The notes under the pieces are model-generated. The model was not told the DNA's origin. It was given only the letters and a program-made list of their open reading frames with translations, and made no database searches. Source: Candidatus Multivoradales bacterium (GTDB lineage Bacteria; Acidobacteriota; Thermoanaerobaculia; Multivoradales; J023). Taken from it: 64,000 nt of DNA. A program made the position numbers and the translations under genes. Location of the stretch: contig CBDFLE010000006.1 in assembly GCA_965248925.1 (NCBI GenBank), positions 640,001 through 704,000 of the forward strand, in the 5' to 3' direction. Every line of letters starts with the position of its first letter. The stretch's first letter is position 1. This document shows positions 56,270 to 64,000 of this stretch, piece after piece.

Positions 56270-58407
56270 GACGCTGCCTTATCGCTACCGGTCACTTCGG
56301 CAAGCAGCTCGATGATCTCCTTTTCGAGGGTCTTGATGTCGGCCTCGATCACCTCCAGCGGGCGTGGCGGCTCATATTCATAGAAGTGCCGGTTGAGGGG
56401 GATCTCGTAGCCCACCTTGGTCTTGCTCTCGTCGATCCAGGCATCGGCGACGTGGGGGCGGACTTCGCGCTCGAAGTATTCTTCGATGCTCTCTTTGAGG
56501 GGCACGGTCTCGGTGTCGCGCAGGCTCGGGTCGGGCTCGGGGTCGCCGTGCCGGTCGCGGCAGATCTCGGCGGACTCGTCGCGCTTGCCCAGGGCGGCGA
56601 GCACCGCCTTGAGTTCGGGGGCCTTGAGCCGCACCCTGGCGGCTCGGTCGAGATCGCGCAGATCGGTGAGGAAGGCGAGGCGGTCGCGGTAGAGCCGCTC
56701 GCCATACTCCTCGGCGAAGCCCTCCAGCAGCAGGCGGATGGCCTCTTGCCGCTGTTGACCAGCCTCGATCTCCTCCAGCCGGGCCTTCTCGTTCTTCTTC
56801 CTGCTGCTGGCCAGGCGGATGAAAGCGCGCTCATCTTCGAGCAGCGCCAGCCGCTCCGGCGTCGCCTGGAAGCTCAGCCGCAGGGGTCGCTCGACGGTGA
56901 TCTTGTGGAAGCCAAAATCGGTGTTGTCGAAGATCTTGCTCAACACCCGGACCTTCTCCACCGGCTGCCGGGTGATCGCATCCAGCTCGCTGAAGGTGCG
57001 GGTCGCACCGTCCTTGAACTTGCCGAAGAGGCGGGTGATCTCGCCGAGCTGGTCGGGCTCGCTCGCCCGGTCATTCGGGTCGCCGATCTTGTGCCGCTTG
57101 TTGCCCAGGCTCTTGGCCATCTTGACGAACAGCCGCCGGGCGTCGATCAGCTGCACCTTGCCCTTGCGGCGCCGCTGCTTGCGGTTGCTCAGCACCCAGA
57201 TGTAGGTCGAGATGCCGGTGTTGTAGAACAGCTGATCGGGCAGGGCGACGATGGCTTCGAGCCAGTCGTTCTCGAGTATCCACTGGCGGATGTTGCTCTC
57301 GCCGCTGCCGGCGTCGCCGGTGAAGAGAGGCGAGCCGTTGAAAACGATGGCGATGCGACTGCCCCCCTCCTTGGGAGCACGCATCTTGGCCAGCATATGC
57401 TGCAAAAAGAGCAGCGAGCCATCGTTGATGCGCGGCAAGCCGGCGCCGAAGCGACCGCTGTAGCCGAACTCGCCGGCCTCGCGCTGAATGTACTTCTGCT
57501 GCTGCTTCCACTCGACGCCGAAGGGGGGATTGGCCAGCATGTAGTCGAAAGTGTGGCGCTGGCCGCTGGCGTCGCGGTCGAAACCGTCCTTGGTGAAAGT
57601 GTCGCCGAGGACGATGTTGTCGGCGTCCTCTCCCTTGATCAACATGTCGGCCTTGCACACCGCCCAGGACTCGTCGTTCCAATCCTGACCAAAGAGGTGG
57701 GGGTCGGCCTCGGCATTGAGATCGTGGATGTACTGCTCGGCCACCGACAGCATGCCACCGGTGCCGCAAGCCGGGTCGTAGATGGTCTTGACGATGTGGC
57801 TCTGGCGCAGATCCCGCTCGGGAGCGAGCAGCAGATTGACCATCAGCCGGATGACCTCGCGGGGGGTGAAATGCTCCCCCGCTTCCTCGTTCGACTGCTC
57901 GGCGCCGATGCGGATCAGCTCCTCGAAGACGTAGCCCATCTGGGCGTTGTCGACCCGCTCGGGAGATAGGTCTACCACGGCGAACTTCTTGATCACCTCG
58001 TAGAGCAAGTTCTTCTCCGCCAGCCGGGTGATCTGCTGGTCGAAAGCGAAGCGCTCCATGATCTCGCGCACGTTCTTCGAGAAGCCGTTGATGTAGGCGT
58101 TGAGATTGGGTGCCAGCTGGTTCGGATCGTCGAGCAGCTTGGGCAAGTCGAGCTTGGAGAGGTTGTAGAACGGCCGGCCGGTGATCTTCTCCAGCAAGCT
58201 GCGCACCACCGTCTGGGGCTTGGCTTTGATCTTCGAATGCTTGGCCAGCACCCGTGCCTTGGTCGGCGCCAGCAAGCAGTCGAAACGGCGCAGAACGGTC
58301 AGCGGCAAGATGACCTTGCGATACTCGTTGCGTTTGTAGGGTCCGCGCAGCAGATTGCACAGACTCCAGATGAAGTTGGCCAGTTGTGAGTGGGTTTCGG
58401 CGGTCAT
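56266..58407 (-). CDS. hsdM: Type I R-M N6-adenine methyltransferase M subunit
   Basis: GEHFTPREV, YDPACGTGG, NPPF, FYNTGI. Confidence 0.96.
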   Translation of the reverse strand: MTAETHSQLANFIWSLCNLLRGPYKRNEYRKVILPLTVLRRFDCLLAPTKARVLAKHSKIKAKPQTVVRSLLEKITGRPFYNLSKLDLPKLLDDPNQLAPNLNAYINGFSKNVREIMERFAFDQQITRLAEKNLLYEVIKKFAVVDLSPERVDNAQMGYVFEELIRIGAEQSNEEAGEHFTPREVIRLMVNLLLAPERDLRQSHIVKTIYDPACGTGGMLSVAEQYIHDLNAEADPHLFGQDWNDESWAVCKADMLIKGEDADNIVLGDTFTKDGFDRDASGQRHTFDYMLANPPFGVEWKQQQKYIQREAGEFGYSGRFGAGLPRINDGSLLFLQHMLAKMRAPKEGGSRIAIVFNGSPLFTGDAGSGESNIRQWILENDWLEAIVALPDQLFYNTGISTYIWVLSNRKQRRRKGKVQLIDARRLFVKMAKSLGNKRHKIGDPNDRASEPDQLGEITRLFGKFKDGATRTFSELDAITRQPVEKVRVLSKIFDNTDFGFHKITVERPLRLSFQATPERLALLEDERAFIRLASSRKKNEKARLEEIEAGQQRQEAIRLLLEGFAEEYGERLYRDRLAFLTDLRDLDRAARVRLKAPELKAVLAALGKRDESAEICRDRHGDPEPDPSLRDTETVPLKESIEEYFEREVRPHVADAWIDESKTKVGYEIPLNRHFYEYEPPRPLEVIEADIKTLEKEIIELLAEVTGSDKAAS

Positions 58408-58517
58408 GCAAGGTCCTCGATTTATGCGACAAGGGCTAGGAGAGACCGCGGCCACGTCCGGCCATCGGCCGCCGCCTGTCAGGACCGATGGTAGCCTCGA
58501 CTCAAGGAGGAACACCA

Positions 58518-58853
58518 ATGGACGACTCTCACCCGAACCCCCTTCAACCCGATACCGAGTACACGAAAGTATTGGCAATCATCGCCGGACTGATGCTGCT
58601 GATGGCTCTCAGCTTCTCTAGCTTGATTCTGACCGGCGCCGACGAACCTATTTTCTTGCTCATGTTCTGCGCTGCAGTGTTGTGGACTCTTACCGCCGGT
58701 GTGGCGGTACTTTATCGTCTTCGCCGCCTTCGCGGCTGGCGCTTCGCCACCAGCATCGCCAACGTCATGCTGATCTTCCAGTTCCCCCTGGGCATGGGAG
58801 CCGTCGGCTACTGGCTCTTTGTCACCCGTAAAAGAGAGATGGGAAGCGGCTAG
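58518..58853 (+). CDS. Small hypothetical membrane protein
   Basis: AAGGAGG RBS; three hydrophobic helices; FPLGMGAVGYWLF. Confidence 0.7.
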   Translation: MDDSHPNPLQPDTEYTKVLAIIAGLMLLMALSFSSLILTGADEPIFLLMFCAAVLWTLTAGVAVLYRLRRLRGWRFATSIANVMLIFQFPLGMGAVGYWLFVTRKREMGSG

Positions 58854-58855
58854 CT

Positions 58856-59023
58856 CTCATCGATCCAGGTGAGCAGACCTCCACCGCAGCCGGCTCCACA
58901 ACTTCTCGCGCAGGTGGTCTTGCCCACCTGGCGGGCCCCGAGCAGGGCGGTGACCGGGGATTATCGCAGCCGCAACTCGATATCATGGAGCAGGGAATCG
59001 CGTGGTATTTGTTGTTTATCCAT
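58856..59023 (-). pseudogene. Remnant of an AAA_14/DUF4143-type ATPase
   Basis: MDKQQIPRDSLLHDIELRLR*SPVTALLGARQVGKTT with an in-frame TAA at 58963-58961; truncated after Walker A. Confidence 0.7.
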
Positions 59024-59206
59024 AGGTATACCAACGAAATACGACAATTATACGCGATTCTGGGCGGTGTCTAGAGTTCCAACTCCCACAACGCCCGCAG
59101 TGGCACCGCAAGCTGTCGGTCGTCGAAACCACCTTGGGGAGACGCGGCTCAGCAAGACGCAAGCGTGAGACGGGGTCGGACACCGGCCAATCGTCAGTCC
59201 AGAGTC

Positions 59207-59289
59207 CGGCTGATCGCAAGCCTTCTACTCGGCTGATTGCAAGGTTCAAGGTCGGCTGATTGCAAGTTTCTTTGTCGGCTGATTGAAAC
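59207..59289. repeat. Four direct repeats (CGGCTGATTGCAAG consensus) at an exact 23-bp period
   Basis: Copies start at 59207, 59230, 59253 and 59276, with 9-nt variable spacers. Confidence 0.92.
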
Positions 59290-59311
59290 TCACCCGTGCA
59301 GCACGGATCGG

Positions 59312-60673
59312 CTAGTTCTCGCCACCCGGCAGCAGGACATTCAGCAGCAGATTGAGTCCCACCCCGAGCAGCACCGCCAGCACCACGGTGTTGGTGAGCA
59401 GCAGGCCGAGCACTGGCGGCAGGCCGGCGAGCCACTCGGGGCCGAGGCTCGACTTAACGTAGATCGGCACGGCGATGGCCGCGATCAAGGTGCTGCCGAC
59501 CAACAGCTGATTGGCGGTGGTGGGTGGGGCCGCCGACAGCAGCTTGAGGCCGGAGACGGCGATCATGCCGCACACCACCAGGAAGACGCCGCCGAGCACC
59601 GGTCGCGGCAAAGCCACCAGCAGAGCACCGAATTTGGGGCACAGGCCGTAGAGCACCAGGATGCACGCGGCCACCTGCACCACGAAACGGCTGGCGACCC
59701 GAGTGGTGGCGATGATGCCGATGTTCTGGGTGTAGCTGGTGCAAGGCAGGCCGCCGAGCGCCGCCGCCAACATGCTGCCCAAGCCCTCGGCCAGGATGCC
59801 TCGGTTCATGTGCTTCTCGGTGTAGGGCTCGCCGGCCACTTCGCAGGTGGCGGCATAGTCGCCCAGGGACTCGACCATCGAACCAAAGTAGCCGGCCAAC
59901 ACCGCCAGCACCGCCGCCGTGCTCCACTGCCAACCACTTATCGGTCCACCGAAAGGAAACAGCGAGGGCAGCTCCAGCCACGGTTTCGCCGCCACCAAGG
60001 CCCAATCCACCGCACCCAAAGCCGAGCCAACCCCCAATCCGACGATCCAGATGGCAAAGAAGATAGCGCCGCGAGCCAACAAGCCCCCCAACACTCCCCG
60101 CAGCAGGGTTTGGAAAAGAAAAATCACCCCGATCACCAGCCCCGCCAAGGCGAAGTTGCGCGCCGAGCCATCACCGATCGATAGGCGCACGGCGAGCTGG
60201 CCCAAGGCCAAGCCAATCGACAGGATTACCACTCCCGAGACCGCCGGCGGCAGGAAACGCCGCAGAATTCCCGGCAGGCGGGTGGCGCCGACCAAAGTCT
60301 CGATCATCCCGCCAACCATCACCCCGCCCCACATCGCGCCGGCGCCGAGCTGGCCCGCCACCGGCGCCAAGGTGCCGGTGAGGGTGGCCGACGGCCCTTG
60401 GATGATCGGCAAGCGATTGCCGAAAGTGGTCTGCAACAGGGTGGCCAGGCCCATCGCCACCAAGCCGTAGTTGATCAGCCGCGCTTCGTCGCCAGCCGAC
60501 AAGCCGAGGGCGCCCGCCACCGCCAACGGCAACACGAAGGGAGAAATATCGACCAACGTGTGCTGCCAGCCATAGAGCAGGCACTCCCACCAAGTCGCCG
60601 GCCGCTCATCGATACGGTAGAGCGGGGGACGGGTTGGCTCGGTCGCTGGCGCGGCGGGTTCGGAACTCGGCAT
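59312..60673 (-). CDS. NCS2 (uracil/xanthine) nucleobase permease
   Basis: GWQH, RLPIIQGPS, ESLGD, TSYTQNIGIIATTRVASR NAT signature. Confidence 0.93.
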   Translation of the reverse strand: MPSSEPAAPATEPTRPPLYRIDERPATWWECLLYGWQHTLVDISPFVLPLAVAGALGLSAGDEARLINYGLVAMGLATLLQTTFGNRLPIIQGPSATLTGTLAPVAGQLGAGAMWGGVMVGGMIETLVGATRLPGILRRFLPPAVSGVVILSIGLALGQLAVRLSIGDGSARNFALAGLVIGVIFLFQTLLRGVLGGLLARGAIFFAIWIVGLGVGSALGAVDWALVAAKPWLELPSLFPFGGPISGWQWSTAAVLAVLAGYFGSMVESLGDYAATCEVAGEPYTEKHMNRGILAEGLGSMLAAALGGLPCTSYTQNIGIIATTRVASRFVVQVAACILVLYGLCPKFGALLVALPRPVLGGVFLVVCGMIAVSGLKLLSAAPPTTANQLLVGSTLIAAIAVPIYVKSSLGPEWLAGLPPVLGLLLTNTVVLAVLLGVGLNLLLNVLLPGGEN

Positions 60674-60767
60674 GGGCGCTCCTCGGTTTACCTCGGTCGA
60701 TCATCGAATCACGATAGCAGCAGAGCGTTGACCGAGGCGCGAGCCGCTCAGCAACTGCCAACGTGCC

Positions 60768-61055
60768 TCAGAACATGCTGCCTCCAGGCCGTTTGCCGAC
60801 CACCATCACACAGTCCCCGAAGTTGGTGGTGCCCATTTTCTGCGAATCGATACAGCAGTATGTGCCGTTGTGAACATCACCCGGCGAATACCACTCGGCG
60901 CAGATCCGGCTAGCACAATCGAAGACCAACGAGGCGTTGATCCAGGTACCACCGCCACCGCCACCGCTACCGCCGCCCCGTGCGGCCTCGGTGGGCAAAT
61001 CCAGCGCCAGGACGGTCAGCCCGATCAAGGCAACAACCCACAGAATCCTCTTCAT
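60768..61055 (-). CDS. Small secreted Gly-linker, Cys-rich protein (95 aa)
   Basis: GAGGAGG RBS; signal peptide MKRILWVVALIGLTVLALDLPTEA; GGGSGGGGG linker; five Cys. Confidence 0.75.
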   Translation of the reverse strand: MKRILWVVALIGLTVLALDLPTEAARGGGSGGGGGGTWINASLVFDCASRICAEWYSPGDVHNGTYCCIDSQKMGTTNFGDCVMVVGKRPGGSMF

Positions 61056-61224
61056 CTCGACCTCCTCTGGTCTGCTGTGCACCGCAACCGTGTCGGCGGC
61101 GGTGCTTTCGTTAGATCTACGCGTAGATCGTCGGTCATTCGTATCAGGTCGGCGCAGAATCTCTGGCCGACCTGCTTCTGCTAATCTGGCCCCCAAGATC
61201 AAACTAAACCCTGTCGGACAAGCG

Positions 61225-61809
61225 ATGCAAAGCTCAGAGCCAGAGGACATTACCCGGCTGCTGCTGGCCTGGAGCCAAGGCGACAGCGCCGCCTTCGAGC
61301 AGCTGTCGGCAGAGGTCTACAAGCGCCTCTCGAATCTGGCCGCCAGCTATCTGCGGGGGGAACGCCCGGATCACACTTTGGAAACCGCCGCCTTGGTTAA
61401 CGAAGCATTCCTGCGCTTGGTCGACCAGCATAGTGTGCGCTGGCGCGACCGCTCACACTTTTTCGCCATCGCCGCCAAACTGATGCGCCGCATCTTGGTC
61501 GACCACGCTCGCCGCCACGCGGCCAGCAAACGGGGCGGTGGGGCACAGAAGATTCTCTTCGAAGACCTGGCCCAGCTCAGTCCACGCCAGCACCCCGATC
61601 TGCTGGCCCTCGACGATGCCCTGCAAGACCTGGAACGGCGTGACGGCGAACTCGCCGAAGTGGTCGTCTTACGTTACTTTGGCGGCTTGACCAAAGAGGA
61701 GGTGGCGGAGGTCATGGGCCGCTCGACGGCGACCATCGCCCGCCGCTGGCGAACCGCTCGCGCCTGGCTCTATGCCTACCTGGTAGAAGGCGAGGTCGAT
61801 GAGTTCTGA
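61225..61809 (+). CDS. ECF sigma factor, TIGR02999/ECF43-like, coupled to the kinase
   Basis: ITRLLLAW, HTLETAALVNEAFLRL, RYFGGLT. Confidence 0.93.
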   Translation: MQSSEPEDITRLLLAWSQGDSAAFEQLSAEVYKRLSNLAASYLRGERPDHTLETAALVNEAFLRLVDQHSVRWRDRSHFFAIAAKLMRRILVDHARRHAASKRGGGAQKILFEDLAQLSPRQHPDLLALDDALQDLERRDGELAEVVVLRYFGGLTKEEVAEVMGRSTATIARRWRTARAWLYAYLVEGEVDEF

Positions 61810-64000
61810 AGGCTGGCGGCAAGCCAATCGGATCTTCGAGCTGCTGGTGGAGCGACCGCCAGCAGAGTGGGCAGCCCTGCTTGATCGCGAGTGCGGTAGC
61901 GATCGACCACTGCGCACCGCCGTTGAACGTTGGCTAAACGCCGACCGCGCCGCCGAGGATTTTCTGGAGACCCCTCTGGTCCACCCAGCCACCATCCCAG
62001 CCGCGGCCGACGACAACCCGCCGACCCATGTGGGCCCCTACCGCCTGCTCGAGAGGATCGGTCAGGGCGGCATGGGCACCGTCTATCTGGCCCTCCGCGA
62101 CGATGACACTTTTCGCCGCCAGGTCGCGGTGAAAATCATCTCCCAAAGCGCTTCAAGTGCCGCCGCCCGCCAACGCTTCAGCAGCGAGCGACGCATCCTC
62201 GCCACCCTGGAGCATCCATGGATCGGGCGCATCTACGATGGCGGCGAGACCGACGACGGCACTCAATACCTGGTGATGGAGCATATTCGCGGCCTGCCCA
62301 TCGACCAATTCTGCGACAGGCGACAGGTCGCCTTCAGCGACCGCCTCGAATTGTTGGTCAAGGTCTGTTCAGCCGTTCACTACTCGCATCAAAAACTGGT
62401 CGTCCACCGCGACCTCAAGCCGTCCAACATCCTGGTCACCGAAGACAGTGAGCCCAAGCTGCTCGACTTTGGTGTCGCCAAGTTGCTACAGCCCCTGGCC
62501 GGGACGGCAGAGACCGCACCCACCGCCACTTGGATGCGCCCGCTGACACCACACTACGCCAGCCCGGAGCAGGTTCGAGGTGAGGCGGTGTCGACCGCCA
62601 GCGACGTCTACTCCCTCGGCGTGTTGCTGTTCAAATTGCTCACCGGCGAACTGCCTTTCGGCCTCGCCGGCAAGTCGCTGCGGGAAATCGAAGAGATCGT
62701 CACTGACCACGACCCTCCTCCCCCCAGTTCACTGGCCACTGCCGGCGAGGTGGGCCGAACCGCCTGGCGAGACCTCGACTGCATCGTCCTCAAGGCCCTG
62801 CGCGGCGAGCCGGCCGAGCGCTACAGCTCGGCCGAACGGCTGGGCGAAGATCTACGCCGCTTTCTCGATGGCTTTCCAGTCACCGCCAGGCGTGGCAACT
62901 TCGCTTATCGCAGCCGCAAGCTGCTGCGCCGCCATCGGTTGGCGGCTACTTTCGCCGCCCTGCTGGCTGGCTTGCTGACCGCCTACACCGTCAACGTCGC
63001 CGTCTTGGCCCAGCGCCTGGAGCGAGAACGGGCCGCTCTGGAAGAGGTGGTGGACTTCTTTGTCGACATCTTCCAAAGCGCCGGACCGATGGTCGCCGCC
63101 GGCCGTGCCGTCACCGTCCGCCAGGCGATCGACGACAGCGCCGAGAGGCTCGCCAATGAACTGACCGACCAACCGCAGGTCAGAGCCGAGATCCTAGGCG
63201 CGCTGGCCGACATCTATCTCGATTTCGGCGACGCCGAACCAGCCCTGCTGCACTCGCGCCAAGCCCTCGAACTATACCGCGGCCTGGCTGGCGATCACGG
63301 CGACCGAGTAGCTGCCGGGCTCGACCGGGTCGGCGCCGCCTTGCGTGAGGTTTGGCAACCGGAGGAAGCCGAACGGCTCGGCCAACAAGCCCTGGCCTGG
63401 TTTCGAGCCCATCCCGACCACAATCCGCGCGATCTGGTGCGCGCTCTGAACAACCTGAGCACCCTCTATTGCTATCGCGGCGACTATGCCGGCGCCGCGC
63501 CCTATGCCCACGAAGCCTTGGAGCTGGCCCGTTCGCAACTCGGCGAAAGCGTTCACGAAACCGCCGTAGCGACGGTCCAACAAGGCCAAGTGCTATTCAA
63601 TCTGGGCCACCGGGAACGTGCCGAGCAGATGTACCAGCGCGGTCTCGAACTCTACCGCCTACGCTTTGGTGAACCTCACCCCCTGCTAGCTACCCTGCAC
63701 CAGAACTTGGCACGCATCCACGCCGAACGAGGTGATGTCGAACGTGCCCGCGAGAGCTTCCGTCAGGCCGACAGCCAATATCTGCGGATCTTCGGCGCCA
63801 ACTACCACGAGCGGGTCAAATCCCTATCCGCGCTGGGCCGTCTGGCGAGTGAAAACGCCCACCCCGAGGAAGCCGCGGAGTTGTTTCAGCAGGCTCTCGA
63901 AATCGGCCTCGCAAACGGTTCTCCACCCTACATTCTGCGTCCGGCCATTGGCCTGGCCGCCACCGCCCTCGAAAGCGACAGCTGCGCCAACGTCATCCCT
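61799..64000 (+). CDS. Ser/Thr protein kinase with TM helix and TPR repeats; runs off right edge
   Basis: Not in ORF track (no stop inside window). Manual translation: MSSEGWRQANRIF..., IGQGGMGTVY, VAVK, HRDLKPSN, DFG, YASPEQ. Confidence 0.93.
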   Translation, partial: MSSEGWRQANRIFELLVERPPAEWAALLDRECGSDRPLRTAVERWLNADRAAEDFLETPLVHPATIPAAADDNPPTHVGPYRLLERIGQGGMGTVYLALRDDDTFRRQVAVKIISQSASSAAARQRFSSERRILATLEHPWIGRIYDGGETDDGTQYLVMEHIRGLPIDQFCDRRQVAFSDRLELLVKVCSAVHYSHQKLVVHRDLKPSNILVTEDSEPKLLDFGVAKLLQPLAGTAETAPTATWMRPLTPHYASPEQVRGEAVSTASDVYSLGVLLFKLLTGELPFGLAGKSLREIEEIVTDHDPPPPSSLATAGEVGRTAWRDLDCIVLKALRGEPAERYSSAERLGEDLRRFLDGFPVTARRGNFAYRSRKLLRRHRLAATFAALLAGLLTAYTVNVAVLAQRLERERAALEEVVDFFVDIFQSAGPMVAAGRAVTVRQAIDDSAERLANELTDQPQVRAEILGALADIYLDFGDAEPALLHSRQALELYRGLAGDHGDRVAAGLDRVGAALREVWQPEEAERLGQQALAWFRAHPDHNPRDLVRALNNLSTLYCYRGDYAGAAPYAHEALELARSQLGESVHETAVATVQQGQVLFNLGHRERAEQMYQRGLELYRLRFGEPHPLLATLHQNLARIHAERGDVERARESFRQADSQYLRIFGANYHERVKSLSALGRLASENAHPEEAAELFQQALEIGLANGSPPYILRPAIGLAATALESDSCANVIP

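Noticed and set aside
53538-57969. Long plus-strand ORFs (496 and 613 aa)
   Set aside because: Antisense to hsdR/hsdM; typical high-GC shadow ORFs
59207-59289. Possible mini-CRISPR array
   Set aside because: 14-bp repeats and 9-nt spacers are far too short, and no cas genes are present

Overview
GC-rich bacterial chromosomal segment, probably from an Acidobacteriota (Thermoanaerobaculia-like) genome. This is an inference from the expanded TIGR02999-type ECF sigma factor/Ser-Thr kinase pairs and the secreted proteins ending in FxDGFESGD. Housekeeping genes (rplU-rpmA-obgE-nadD-rsfS, gcvT/gcvH, gluQ, rarD, cyclophilin, a peptide ABC transporter, a coxSLM-like molybdoenzyme, amidase, NCS2 permease) are interspersed with accessory material. 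The accessory material includes a complete type I R-M system, four ECF sigma factors, two Ser/Thr kinases, several large secreted proteins and many gene remnants. The strongest candidate for an undescribed system is a translationally coupled three-gene operon at 8070-11184: a PD-(D/E)xK-like nuclease, a small helical partner, and a KGGVGR-variant ParA/MinD ATPase with a second nuclease-like domain. Other notable items are a secreted vitellogenin/MTP-like large lipid-transfer protein (42360-45389), a sigma-54 activator with degenerate Walker motifs, a 16-bp tandem repeat that sets the frame of a deleted sat/cysC gene, and a 23-bp-period repeat array near the R-M locus. No rRNA, tRNA or CRISPR array was seen. 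All family assignments are from motif recognition only; no searches were run.
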